DNA from: an uncultured Gemmatimonadales bacterium
GTDB lineage: Bacteria > Gemmatimonadota > Gemmatimonadetes > Longimicrobiales > RSA9
DNA: 64,000 nt
Assembly (NCBI GenBank): GCA_963798085.1
Contig: CAWCRS010000002.1
Location: forward strand, 381,979 to 445,978
Direction of reading: 5' to 3'
Shown: positions 11,035 to 21,882 of the stretch, piece by piece
How positions within the stretch are numbered: the stretch's first letter is position 1
Layout of the letters: each line of letters begins with the position of its first letter
The notes under the pieces: model-generated
Databases searched by the model: none
What the model was told of the DNA's origin: nothing
Seen by the model: the letters and a program-made list of their open reading frames with translations, nothing else
Made by a program: the position numbers and the translations under genes

Positions 11035-12350
11035 TTCTATGGATTGTCTGCTGTCAAGCCCCACGCTTTCAAGCGACACGATTCCGTTCAGTGCGGTTCA
11101 CACTGTTCCAGCGAACGACTCGACGTCGGCGGCTTCATGAGTTTGTGCGGCAGGCTGCGCCGTCACGCCCTTCTATCCGTGCCGGCCGCAAGGGAACCGG
11201 TCACCCTCTACTGCATGCGCGCGATCCACTCGTGCGCCCTGAAGCCGCTGTCGGGATGGGCTCCATCTAACGTACGGTTTCCTCATGGGAGAACCACCCG
11301 CCATAACGAACTCCACCTCTCGACGTCGTCTGTCAAACAGCGGTGCTTGCTTCCGATCAGGCCGTACGCAGCTTCGCGCCTTCCGGTACCACGCCCGCAT
11401 CCGCATAGCGCCAGAGCGCAATCAGCAGCTTGCGCGCCAGTGCCACAATGCCGATCCGTCGCATGCGTTTCCCGCCATGACCGAAGCGCGCTTCGTACCA
11501 GCGGCTCAGCTGACTTCGCGGCTGGAAGCGAAGCCAGCACCAGGCAATCTCGATCGCCATCGCCCGGACCGGCCGGTTGCCCGCCTTGGTGATCCCCAGC
11601 TCGTGATCCATCTCGCCGCTCTTGTGCGGCGTACCCACCAGTCCCGCCAGCGCTCCCACCTGACGTCGATTGCGGAACTGTCGCCAACTGAAGAATTCCA
11701 TGCTGAAGGTCCAGGCACTGTTCAGGCCGATCGCTTTCAATGATCCCAGGCGCCGTACCATGGTGTACGCGGGCTCACTCGACGTGCGGAGCAGTCGCCG
11801 CCGTTCCGCTTCCACTCGCCGGATCTGCTGCTTCACCAGCAACACCCGCTCCCACTCCCGCTCCAACCGCGCCCGCAGCGCCGCCGGGAGCTTCGTCCGG
11901 TTCCAGAGCCGCGCCCGGCTCAAGCGTGCGAGAAAGTCCGTGACCAGCTCGAGCCGCAACCCCTGACTGGCCAGCAGGCCCTTGATCCGGTTCGTCAACC
12001 GCGTCGGCTCGTGCTTCAGCGTCTCCAGCTCCCGGTGCAGCTGCCGCCGGTCTTCCTCTTCCACACTCGGAACCTGCACCACACTCCAGGTGCGTACTTC
12101 TCCGCCACAGTACTCCACCAGCATGCGCAGCAGCTTCGTCAGATCCACACGGTCCGTCTTCACGCGCCGCCGCCCTGGCCACACCTCGAAGCTCGTCGCA
12201 TCCACCACCAGACTCCTCACTCCGTTCGCCTCCAGAAACCGGTGCAGCCAGAATCCCTCACGTCCCGCTTCGTAGCAGCACACCACCTTCGCATCGCTCT
12301 TCAGACTGAAGCGCCGCTTCGCACGTCCCACTTCCTCCAGAAGCGCTTCT
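11035..12350 (-). mobile_element. IS110-family element, 5'-truncated; transposase 11357-12331
   Basis: CYEAG, KTDRVD, SG..ITKAGN and ALARKL motifs. A ~320 bp non-coding right end carries an outward TTGACA and CATAG. Confidence 0.85.
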
Positions 12351-12452
12351 CGTCCCGTGCCTTTCGCATGAGCTCCTCCGGGTTGTGAGAGACTGCGGTA
12401 GGAGCTTAACAGCAGCGGCCCGTCTTCTCGAATTCTGCGCGCCCTGAGTTTC

Positions 12453-12596
12453 AGCTAACGTCTCGGCTGTTCACGACGTGCCAGAGCCGACCGTCAGGGC
12501 GGCGCAGGCATGTCCGCGCCCTTCACGAGCTGCCCGCTTCGGCCACTGCGCGGCCGGCGGCCCACAGGCCGCCGAGCGTGAAATGGCGTGTTAGAT
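12453..12596 (-). repeat. attC-like site 9
   Basis: agctaac...gttagat. Confidence 0.9.
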
Positions 12597-12662
12597 GATG
12601 CGCTGCACGCCCGCTTGGCTTGCGCTACCGCATTCCGAAGACCCACGCCCAATCAGCCCTCG

Positions 12663-13106
12663 TCAGCTCGGCCATGGTGTCATGTACTGAAACTTAATGT
12701 AGTGACCAACCTCGTCGAGATCAGCCACATTCTCCGAGACGAGCGTCGCGCCCGATTCCCGGCATGAGGCTGCGAGCAGGTAGTCATTGACCAACGATTT
12801 CGGGATCGTTCGCAGGTCTCGCTTCTCCTTCCGCGCCATCCGGGCAATCGCCTCGGCCGACGCCTGCCATGCCCCATGGCTCGGGGTGATGACCCGCCCC
12901 GCGCGCAGCAGCGGGACGGCCATGGTTTGCATGATGTGTTGATGCTTGGCCTCCGTGTTGGCACCAACCAGCAGTTCGTGCAGGACGATCGAGCTCAGAT
13001 AGGTGCTGGGTGTGAAGGCAGCGTAGTAGTCGCGGAGTTGCTGGGCGCCTTTCTCGCTGCGGAATGCCCGTACGTACAGGTTCGTGTCAAGCACATACCT
13101 CTTCAC
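12663..13106 (-). CDS. vapC: VapC/PIN domain toxin
   Basis: YVLDTN...E...NDYLLAAS PIN motifs. Confidence 0.85.
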   Translation of the reverse strand: MKRYVLDTNLYVRAFRSEKGAQQLRDYYAAFTPSTYLSSIVLHELLVGANTEAKHQHIMQTMAVPLLRAGRVITPSHGAWQASAEAIARMARKEKRDLRTIPKSLVNDYLLAASCRESGATLVSENVADLDEVGHYIKFQYMTPWPS

Positions 13107-13345
13107 GGCTCTACATCACCCTCGAAGTAGTTCGTGACACCACCAGTCCCGGCGATCTTGGCCACGCCCTCCATGAGCTCATCGCGAAGCAGGAGCAGCG
13201 AGAGCGCCTGATCAATGGCTTCCGTTTCGGACTGAGCCCCCAGGATCTCACGAACCCGATCCAGTTTGGCCTGATCGATGTTCACATTCTTCCTGCGAAT
13301 CCACGACCTGGTTCGCTTGGCCGTCTTCTTGGCTGGCTTGGACAC
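13103..13345 (-). CDS. VapB-like antitoxin
   Basis: Small basic ORF overlapping the PIN gene by 4 nt; ETEAIDQAL. Confidence 0.75.
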   Translation of the reverse strand: MSKPAKKTAKRTRSWIRRKNVNIDQAKLDRVREILGAQSETEAIDQALSLLLLRDELMEGVAKIAGTGGVTNYFEGDVEP

Positions 13346-13533
13346 CGCGAGACCTCCTTCTAATTGGGCATTTGTATCGGCTACAAGTTAACTCTGTACC
13401 GGCTTCCTGGCCAGTGTCCGGGTCGCAGGAGTCCCGCTTGGATGAGAGGGAGTGGGGCAAGTGGGGCTCGACCTGTGCGCCTGATTGCCTGTCCACCCGT
13501 GCCCGTTCAGGATTAGAAGGCGTGCAGCGTTTC

Positions 13534-13675
13534 AGCTAACGTATGAGGTTGATGACGGGCCGGAGCCGACCGTCAGGGCGGCGCAGGCATGTCCGCGCCT
13601 TTCACGAGCTACCCGCCACAGCCACTGCGCGGCCGGCGGCCGCCAGGCCGCCGAGCGTGAAATTACGTGTTAGGT
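13534..13675 (-). repeat. attC-like site 10
   Basis: agctaac...gttaggt. Confidence 0.9.
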
Positions 13676-13749
13676 GCAGTAGCAGGCGGCGCTTGCCTCG
13701 CCGATCTGTTGACGTAAGGCGCATGCTCTGAGGCGGCTGCCTCGCACGC

Positions 13750-14115
13750 CTACCGAAGGGCGGCGAAAAGCGCGACGCCGGCTTGGACTAGCGTCGCCAG
13801 AATGAGACTGCCGGTGAGCCAAAGAAGGCCGAGGGAGTACCTGCGTGTCGCAGCCGCCAGCTTCTCCTGCGACTGGATCGACTTCCCGACGGATTCACCG
13901 AGCGCTTCTGTCATCGACGCTGAAACGGTCTCCATCGCACGGACGAGCCCAGAAACCGCCGAAGCTGTTCTCTTGGTTACGAGATATGAAACGAGTACTC
14001 GGGTTTGATTGATTTCAGCTGTGGCCGGGGTGCCGGCAACATTCAAGAATTCGCGCTCAGCATCGGTAAGGTCGAGCTCGTCAACCAGTTTGACTCGGGC
14101 GACAGGGTACGTCAC
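13750..14115 (-). CDS. Hypothetical protein with C-terminal TM helix; its RBS is separated from the start by IS630
   Basis: Removing the IS restores GGAGGctagcGTG. Confidence 0.55.
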   Translation of the reverse strand: MTYPVARVKLVDELDLTDAEREFLNVAGTPATAEINQTRVLVSYLVTKRTASAVSGLVRAMETVSASMTEALGESVGKSIQSQEKLAAATRRYSLGLLWLTGSLILATLVQAGVALFAALR

Positions 14116-14117
14116 GC

Positions 14118-15269
14118 TAGTACTTACTTGCACAAGTCAGCGTAACGGTGCTTGAGCGGCACCGGGTGTACGACTTCCTTGCGCCATTCGAAGGGCGTGG
14201 CCCGGGGGTTGTAGACGGCGACGAATGCATCAATGGCTTCGCGGACCTGCTCCGGTGATGTGAAGCTGGCGCCCCGAAGTGCCGCGCGCGCCATGATGCT
14301 GAACCAGAATTCCACCTGGTTCATCCAACTGGCGTGGGTGGGAGTGTAGTGGAAGTGGACGTTCTTGTGCCGTGCGAGCCAGTGGTCGTGCCTGGGCTTG
14401 TGCGTACTCAGGTTGTCCAGGATCACATGGATCTCCACGTCGGCCGGATAGTCCGCGACAACCTCGTTCATGAAGTGGAGGAATTCCCGGCGGCGGCGGC
14501 GCTGGTAGTGCCCGGCCCTGATCTGACCCGTGAACACATCGAGGGCAGCGAACAACGTGGTGGTTCCGTGACGCTGGTAGTCGTGGCCGAAGCCGCTGAT
14601 CGCGCGGCCATTCGGCAGCCGCAGGTAGCCCTGAGCCCGCTCCAGAGCCTGGATGTGCGGCTTTTCATCGATACTCAGCACGATCGCGTTTTCGGGTGGG
14701 TTCAGGTACAGCGCAATGATATCGGCCGCCTTGGGACCGAACTCGGGGTCCGTGCTAATGCACCAGCTCCGGCGCCGTTGCAGTTGGATCTGGTGCTTGC
14801 GCAGTACCCGCCAGACGTGGGCCTGCGACACATCGCCCAGCGTTTCCGCCACCAACCGCCCGTTCCACTGCGCAAAACCGCGCGGCGCCGGTTCATCCAG
14901 TTGCGCCAGGATGCGCCGCTCGGTGTCCTCGTCGTAGGCGGCTGGCGCCCCCGTCCGCGCCGCGTCGTCCAGGCCCTTCACACCCTGCGCCGCGAAACGA
15001 AGCCGCCACTTGCTCACGGTCGCGGGGCGCACCTGATGCCGTCGCGCAATCGCGCTCGTGCTGTCCCCGCGCGCCGCATCGAGGATGATGCGAGCGCGCT
15101 CCACATAGCGAAACTCCATGACCTTGCTGCGGCTCCACGCTTCCAGCGTCTGCCGCTGCTGCGCCGTCAATACGACTCGATCGCCCGGCCCATGGTGCTC
15201 GCTCCGCGAGGAGTGAATACTGTGGACCCTTATTTACATGATAACGCGATCTTGTGCAAGTTAGTACTA
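14118..15269 (-). mobile_element. IS630-family element A, copy 1 (transposase 14124-~15193, 1-nt deletion near the start)
   Basis: IDEK, YQRHGTTTLFAALD, ILDNLSTHK and SWMNQVE motifs; IRs tagtact(t/a)acttgcacaag; CTAG target. Confidence 0.93.
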
Positions 15270-15306
15270 GCCTCCGAATTCGTGTTGGCCCAAAGGGGCG
15301 TGCCGA

Positions 15307-16043
15307 TCACCTCGGTGAATCTTCATACGGCCGAAAGCCGTGCTCGCGCAATGACCATGATTCCCACCGGCCGACAGGCTCGAACAGAATTGCGTTCCGA
15401 TAGGGCCGTCCGGCATTCGTTGCTCGAACGCCGAAGGTGACGAAGCCGTCGAAGCCGGTTCGGCGCACGATGGCGGCAAGGCTACGGCTGAACGGCCCAG
15501 CGTCGATTCGCTCTGCAATGTCAAACGCGGCGCGCACGAGCGGTGCAAGGTGTCGGCGCGCGCAATCGACGATGCGAAGCTTTGCGGCGTTCAGCGCAAA
15601 ATCTTGGCAGGTAAAGCCCAATGGGTCCTATTTCGGCCACGGCCGCGTCGACGGAGTCGCAAAGGTAGAGTACGGGTACACCTGCTGAGTTGTATCTCTG
15701 AGCCGCAGGCGAAATCGGGGGCCCCATGTCTTCCCAGCCTCGAATGGCCTGGTGATCACATCCGCGAACGAGCACCGACGGGCGGGCGCGATGGTTGGGG
15801 TTGCCTCAAGGTCGCTCTGAAAGTCTGACACGAGCGCGTGGGTAAGCAGGAGCTCCTCGTCCCCACTCGATGCCGCCCACTTGAGAGCTTCGGGATACCC
15901 GTCGCTCGCGACGTGGCGGCCAATTCCGCGATCAATTGCCCACTGAACGTGCTCGGGTTGAGCCGCATGAATGGACTCGTTGATTGCGCTTACAATTTCA
16001 GCCATGTCACGCGCTTTCGCATCGAACTTGAGCCAGGATGCAA
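15307..16043 (-). pseudogene. RES-domain protein, frameshifted and 5'-truncated by IS630-B
   Basis: QRYNSAGVPVLYLCDSVDAAVAE and FDGF...NAILF in different frames. Confidence 0.65.
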
Positions 16044-16044
16044 C

Positions 16045-17182
16045 TAGTGTAGTGTGGCCACAGTCTCTTTGGCTTTGGCGACTTTGGAGAGGATGCTGTT
16101 CAGCGAAGCCGTCCAGACGAATGGCTTTGGGTCGAGGTTGCGCGTATCCAGATAAGCGGAGATCGCCGCAATCAACTGGTCGACGTTATGGACAACCAGC
16201 CGGCGGAGCTGGCGTACGGTGAGTTCACTGAAAAGGCGTTCCACAAGGTTCGCCCAGGACGACGACGTGGGCACGAAATAGAATTGGACCCGTGGGTTGC
16301 GCTCCAGCCAGGCGAGGACTTCGGGCGTCTTGTGGCTGGACGCGTTGTCGAGGATGAAATAGACGTCGAGTGGCTTGGGGACCGTGCGCACCACCTTTCG
16401 TGCGAAGCGCAGAAACTCGCTGGCGCGGTGGCGGGGCATGCATTCATGCACCACGCTGCCGGTCTTGATCTCGAGTGCGGCAAAGAGCGTGGTCGTCCCG
16501 TGACGCTTGTAGTCGTGGGTCATTGTGCCGGCCCGTCCCTTCTTGAGCGGCAAGCCGGGCTGCGTACGATCCAGCGCCTGGATCTGACTCTTCTCATCAA
16601 CCGCAAAGACCACAGCATGCTCCGGCGGATGGAGATACCGCCCCACGACCGCCCGCAGCTTCTTTACGAAGTCCGGATCCCTGGAAAGCGTGAAGGTGCG
16701 GATGCGATGGGGCTTGATCCCGTGACCGCGCCAGACGCGCGCCACCGTGGTGGGGTGCCACCCGAGTTCCCTGGCCATGATCCGCGTACTCCAGTGCGTG
16801 CCATTCGGCGGGCGCGTCTCCAGCGTCTTCTTGACCATGGCCTCTTCGTGCGCTGCCGTGATCCACTTCGGTCGGCCCGTGCGCGGTCGATCGCTCAGCA
16901 ACGCCGGCAGGCCGCCCTCTTCATACCGGTCGAGCCACAAGGTCACGGTCGGCCGCGATACGTGCACCGCCGCGCAGATCGCCTGACCCGACAGGCCCTG
17001 TGCCGAAGCCAGCACAATACGGGCGCGTTCGGCGATGCGCTGGGGGGTCGTGCGCTTGCGCATCAATTCCTCGAGACGTTTCTGATCGCCTCGGCGTAAC
17101 CGGATTACTCGCGTGGGCAATGGCATGCAGCAGGATACAATATCCACGCACATTATGCAAGATACTTCTGCCACACTACACT
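16045..17182 (-). mobile_element. IS630-family element B, copy 1 (transposase 16044-17126)
   Basis: VDEKSQIQALDR, DYKRHGTTTLFAAL and ILDNASSHK motifs; IRs gtgtagtgtggc. Confidence 0.93.
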
Positions 17183-17290
17183 CGTCACTCAATGCATTGT
17201 TGTCATGCACGTTGACGGCTTTAGAGACAGACGGCATATTGCACGTGTGCACACAGTCACAATCTCACGACAAAGAGGAGGTACCCCCGT

Positions 17291-17592
17291 ATGTTTTCAC
17301 GCGTTAAGCTCGCCGTCGCACTGTTCTTGGTGGCGCTCGCAGGCACCACGTCGTATCCGCGGTACGCCGGCGCCGAGGAGAGTGCTCCATGCGGCCTCTC
17401 AATGGATTACCTGGACAACGAGTATCCTCACCTTTACTGGCAGCACGGTGGCGTTTGTGTCGGGCCACCCTACGAACTGATGGGCACCGTCGAGCCCGTG
17501 AAATGCATGCCGGAATGATTATGGGCCAGGTCACGTACGAACACACCGACTTCTGGGGTAATCCCTGGCACACGACCTGTAACGAAAACTAA
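17291..17592 (+). CDS. Small secreted Cys/His-containing protein (75 aa, or ~100 aa if a frameshift is repaired)
   Basis: GAGGAGG RBS and signal peptide; an overlapping frame continues MHAGMIMG...HTTCNEN. Confidence 0.55.
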
Positions 17593-17619
17593 CGAGTATC
17601 GAAAGAGGGAAAGCCCTGC

Positions 17620-18798
17620 ATGAATTGCCAAACAAGCATACTGTGCGCACTGACAGGGCTTATCGTGGGCTGTCCTCCCGGCGTGACGCCAGTCAGTTCA
17701 GGCGACAAGCCCATTCAGTTCACGGACTCTCCTTTCGAACTTCGTGCGTCAGTCGAGCTGGACCTCGGTGCCGACAGCAGCAACGGTGTGCATTTCAGTG
17801 TGGTGAAGGGGATCGCGGTAGATCACGAAGGGGTCATCTACGTAGCGGACCAATTCGAGCACAATGTCCGTGCCTTTGACAGCGCCGGCAGGCTGCTACG
17901 GCACATCGGCGGTTACGGGCGTGGTCCGGGAGAGTTAACGTTTCCTACCCGACTTGTGCTCAGCAACGACACGCTGTTCGTTGTCGATTCATCAGTTGGC
18001 AGCCTTAACATATTCCGTACCGATGGGAGTTTTCTCAATGTCGTCCAGGTTGGGCCGGGGATTAATCGTGCGCAGAACCTCGTAGCGACACACAATGGGC
18101 TCGTTGAAGTCATGTGGGGAACCGCCACGAAGACTCACCTTGTCTTGGATTCAATCTACGTCACCACACTCGACGTGCACTCTGGGCAGTTTGCGCCCCC
18201 GGTGCTCCAAATCGCGGTCCCAAAGATGGCGCCCATACGAGGGTCGGTTGCAGCGTCACCGCCGCTGGGTTCGGCTCCGCCCTCCGTGGACATTAGCCAG
18301 GATGGACGCATCTTCAGCACAAAGGGTTACCCGTTCGCAATTTCAGTGATGCGAGCCGACGGCAAGCTGATCGATCGCGCGAGCGCCGCTGTGCCGCGGA
18401 TGCGGGTGTCTTCGGTCGATGAAGAGCGCGACTTTCAGAAGCTCGTCCAGGAGGCACAGTTCGCGCACGTGCCGCCGCCAAGACGATCAGCTTACAGGGT
18501 GAAGAAGGAGAAGTACCGGTCGCCCATCGGTGCGCTGATCCTAGACGACGCCGGGAACCTGTGGGTGAAGAGGCAGGACCTGTTGGGGGACGACGTCGTA
18601 TGGGACCACCTGTCGACGAAGCCTTGGCGTTTGGACGGAAGAGTTCACCTGCCGAACCAGTTCACGCTAAGGCTCGTGCTAGGCTGCCACATTTACGGCG
18701 TCACCAAGAACGATCTGGCGGTGGAGAGCGTCACTCGTTACAGAATAACGCCCTGCCAGGGCACAACGAACGAACAGCGAAGGAAAGACGCGAGCTAA
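17620..18798 (+). CDS. 6-bladed beta-propeller (NHL-like) lipoprotein
   Basis: Lipobox-like IVGC; IAVD..G.IYVAD and GGYGRGPGE motifs. Confidence 0.85.
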   Translation: MNCQTSILCALTGLIVGCPPGVTPVSSGDKPIQFTDSPFELRASVELDLGADSSNGVHFSVVKGIAVDHEGVIYVADQFEHNVRAFDSAGRLLRHIGGYGRGPGELTFPTRLVLSNDTLFVVDSSVGSLNIFRTDGSFLNVVQVGPGINRAQNLVATHNGLVEVMWGTATKTHLVLDSIYVTTLDVHSGQFAPPVLQIAVPKMAPIRGSVAASPPLGSAPPSVDISQDGRIFSTKGYPFAISVMRADGKLIDRASAAVPRMRVSSVDEERDFQKLVQEAQFAHVPPPRRSAYRVKKEKYRSPIGALILDDAGNLWVKRQDLLGDDVVWDHLSTKPWRLDGRVHLPNQFTLRLVLGCHIYGVTKNDLAVESVTRYRITPCQGTTNEQRRKDAS

Positions 18799-18804
18799 CC
18801 AAGC

Positions 18805-18839
18805 AACGGACGGGAGGCCAGATCGGCTTCCCGCCCGTT
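18805..18839 (+). terminator. Hairpin after the propeller gene, possible terminator
   Basis: aacggacgggaggcc-agatc-ggcttcccgcccgtt inverted repeat with a weak U tract. Confidence 0.4.
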
Positions 18840-19358
18840 CGCATAGATATGGCGGCGGGGCGAGGCCTCACTTGCTAGTGAGGCCGGCTGTGACGGCTTC
18901 CGTTGCGCAGTTTGGTATGTTTGATAGTTCTTCGCTGTTCTGCGTGGACATGTACCCTGCCGAGATGGGTCCAGGGAAGCTTAAGCTGTCCGGGGGTGGC
19001 AAAGGCGCTGCACCGCGACGCACAGGACCTGACGCCTCAGCGTGTTCGTCGTGACCTATGCTAGCAGGCGTGGTTGGGTGGCTTGGGTCTGGTCGACGGC
19101 TGACGCGTTACACGTTCGGCGTTTGATACCGCAACCCCGATTGCAATGGCGTACCTGCTCGCTGGCAAACTGGACTTTCACCTTTCTGCCCATGTGAAAC
19201 AGCGAGGAGCCTGAATTGGAAGACACGATCGTTTCCGCGATTCATGAGGCCATCCGGTCTGCGAGCGATCAAATACCGTCGCCGTGATAATACCGACGGC
19301 AGCCCTGAGAGAGCAGCGCTTGGTGCTGCGGCCTGTCTGGGTAGGGAGCCGCCATTGC

Positions 19359-19503
19359 AGATAACGTATGAGGGTTGCCGACGTGCCGGAGCCGACCGCA
19401 GGGCGGCGCAGGCATGTCCGCCGCCCTTCCCTCGCATAACCGCATCAGCTGCCCGCGGCGGCGGCCGTGCGCCAGCACGGCCTGCGGCAAACCGATGTTA
19501 TCT
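19359..19503 (-). repeat. attC-like site 11
   Basis: agataac...gttatct; ttgccg/cggcaa variant. Confidence 0.85.
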
Positions 19504-19616
19504 GAAGTACCGCGTGCCGTGACGCACCGACTCGCCACCTCAATGTGGACGGCCGAGCGTACGAGTGATCGCTCCACCGGAGCACGCTCTTGTCCGCGAT
19601 GACCGTCCGATGGCTG

Positions 19617-20093
19617 CTACCGGTCATCGTGTTGGTGGGCGGAAGTCGAGTCATCGGGTTCAATCTCACCTGGTCGGTCCGGTTGGCTTGTTGACCGAGT
19701 GCGTGCGGGTATCAGAAGCTGCACGAACGCGGCACCGGTGACCGCACCAGTTAGCGCAGCCACCGGCACCAGTGCTCGCGCCCCCGGTCCATACCACTTC
19801 GGCCATGTGAGCACCTCGACGATCAGGATGCCCACGACGGCAAACACAGAAACAAACCAGATCGGCCGCAAATGCCGGGTTCGTCGCAGCACCAGGTATA
19901 GGGGAAGGCCCACGATCCACGTGCCCGCGTAGATCGGCACGCCGAACACGGGTGCGAAGATGTACAGAAAAATGACCGGCGCTTGCAGCCCACCGCGTGG
20001 CGGGGCGAAGACAAGGTACAACGGCAGGCACGCGAGGAGGCCCACAAGTAACGCGAGCATGAAGGCGCGGATTGGACGACGCTCGTTCTGCAT
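19617..20093 (-). CDS. Hypothetical 4-TM membrane protein
   Basis: Strongly hydrophobic ORF filling the cassette. Confidence 0.65.
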   Translation of the reverse strand: MQNERRPIRAFMLALLVGLLACLPLYLVFAPPRGGLQAPVIFLYIFAPVFGVPIYAGTWIVGLPLYLVLRRTRHLRPIWFVSVFAVVGILIVEVLTWPKWYGPGARALVPVAALTGAVTGAAFVQLLIPARTRSTSQPDRPGEIEPDDSTSAHQHDDR

Positions 20094-20335
20094 GCCCGGA
20101 GAACTCGGGTTGATGGGTGGACCGATTGGGCTCCGACGGCATCGATGCACCGCCGTGCTTGCAAGGACTCCTGAGACGAGCGTGTCCGCGAATCGATACA
20201 AGCAATCGCGCTCCGCCGATCAAGAGTCCCATCACTCTGCTCGTTTGACCTGGGTACGGCAACGGGCTTCCATGTCGCCCACCACAAAACGGGCCACTGC
20301 CGCCCCAATTTCGCCACTGCGTGACGCGGTATTTC

Positions 20336-20479
20336 AGATAACGTCTCGGTTGTTCACGACGTGCCGGAGCCGACCGTCAGGGCGGCGCAGGCATGTCCGC
20401 GCCCTTCAACGCTGGCCGCCTCAACAGTCGCGCGGGCCGGCGGCCGCCAGGCCGCCGTGCGTGAAAAGACGTGTTAGAT
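20336..20479 (-). repeat. attC-like site 12
   Basis: agataac...gttagat. Confidence 0.9.
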
Positions 20480-20659
20480 GATGCCGGTCCCCGCTGCCTG
20501 CCATGCCCGCCCGTACCGGGTCAAGCCCAAACGCCCGTGGCTTTGGAGGCGTCTCGTTGACATCGGGCCGACCCCATCCTATGCGTTCTCGGACCAAGAT
20601 GCGACAGCGATGTGGCGCCGGCGTCGCATGGGGACACTGCTATTGAGAAGCGCATCGGA

Positions 20660-21472
20660 ATGACCATGGACGGACACGCACGAAACGAGGGTGTGGCCGC
20701 AGCGATTTCAGACCTCTATTCGGGGCCTCTCGACAGCTTCGTGGCTCGGCGTGACGCGTTTGTGAAGGAACTGCGCGCCGCGGGTGGGCGCGAAAATGCC
20801 TTGGCGGTCAAAGGCCTGCGCAAACCTTCGCGGCTGGCCTGGGCTCTCAATGCCGCGTCGCTCGCCGACCCGGCGCGCATGGATCAGCTCGAGGCGGCAG
20901 TCGCATCGACAATCCAGGCGCAGGCCGGTGGTGGCGACCTGCGTTCCGCGCTGAGTGCGTTGCGCGAAGCCGTCCGGGGTGTGGCGGACGCGGCCGCTGG
21001 TATCGCTGCCACGGGGGGCCACCCCATGGCACCCGAGCCTCTCGCGAACGCGATCATGGCCGTGATCGGTGCATCCGATGCATTTCGCTTGTTGCGAACC
21101 GGCCATCTCGTGGACATCCCTGAGGCCGGCGGATTCGACTTCTTCGCGTTTGCGGCACCGAGCCCAACACCCTCGAGTCCCGCCGATATTCAACCCGCAC
21201 GCGACCCGTCTGCAGCGGATGACGCCTATCGGGAGGCCGTGCGCCGAGCTGAGGCCACTTTCGCCGCTGCGCGCGAGGGATTCGCACTGGCTGAGCAAAC
21301 CCTGCGCGATGCCGAAGCAAGGCTTCAAGAGGCTGAACACAGGTTGGCAATGGCTCGCCCGGACGCGGTCGCGGCAAAGGCTACCTACGATCGGGCCCAA
21401 GCGGTCATGAAAGCGGCCGAAACCGAGCTGCGACAGGCGGAATTGTCGCGGGATCTCGCGCACCGAACCTAG
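20660..21472 (+). CDS. Hypothetical coiled-coil protein (inverted; duplicated at 42328)
   Basis: LY..PLD.FVA.R...LRKPS..AWALN N-terminus and coiled-coil C-terminus. Confidence 0.75.
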   Translation: MTMDGHARNEGVAAAISDLYSGPLDSFVARRDAFVKELRAAGGRENALAVKGLRKPSRLAWALNAASLADPARMDQLEAAVASTIQAQAGGGDLRSALSALREAVRGVADAAAGIAATGGHPMAPEPLANAIMAVIGASDAFRLLRTGHLVDIPEAGGFDFFAFAAPSPTPSSPADIQPARDPSAADDAYREAVRRAEATFAAAREGFALAEQTLRDAEARLQEAEHRLAMARPDAVAAKATYDRAQAVMKAAETELRQAELSRDLAHRT

Positions 21473-21528
21473 CAATTGCCTCAGCCTCGCAAAGGACTCG
21501 CTCTCAATCCGTTGCGGGGACCGGTTTC

Positions 21529-21666
21529 AGCTAACGTGATGGCGGTTCATGACGCGCCGCAGCCGCTTGCGGCGCAGGCGTGTCCGCGCCCATCCCAAGC
21601 TACACGCCTCGGCCGTTGCGCGGCCGGCGGCCGCCAGGCCGACGTGCGTGAAATGACGTGTTAGAT
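21529..21666 (-). repeat. attC-like site 13
   Basis: agctaac...gttagat. Confidence 0.9.
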
Positions 21667-21882
21667 GATGGCCAGCGCACGTGCCGGGAACTGCGATTCG
21701 GTCCAGGCTCGCTCGACGTTGAGTTCGGTTCGTCACCCCGAAGCGGAGCCTGCCATCTTGGGTTTCAGGCACAGAATGTGTGGCCAAAGCCAAGGTACGA
21801 GCGGCCCCTGGAGCGCGGGACCGTCAACGCCCCACGCCGCCAGCAACCCATTCGTGAGCCGGCAACGGACCTTCTCCTTTGG

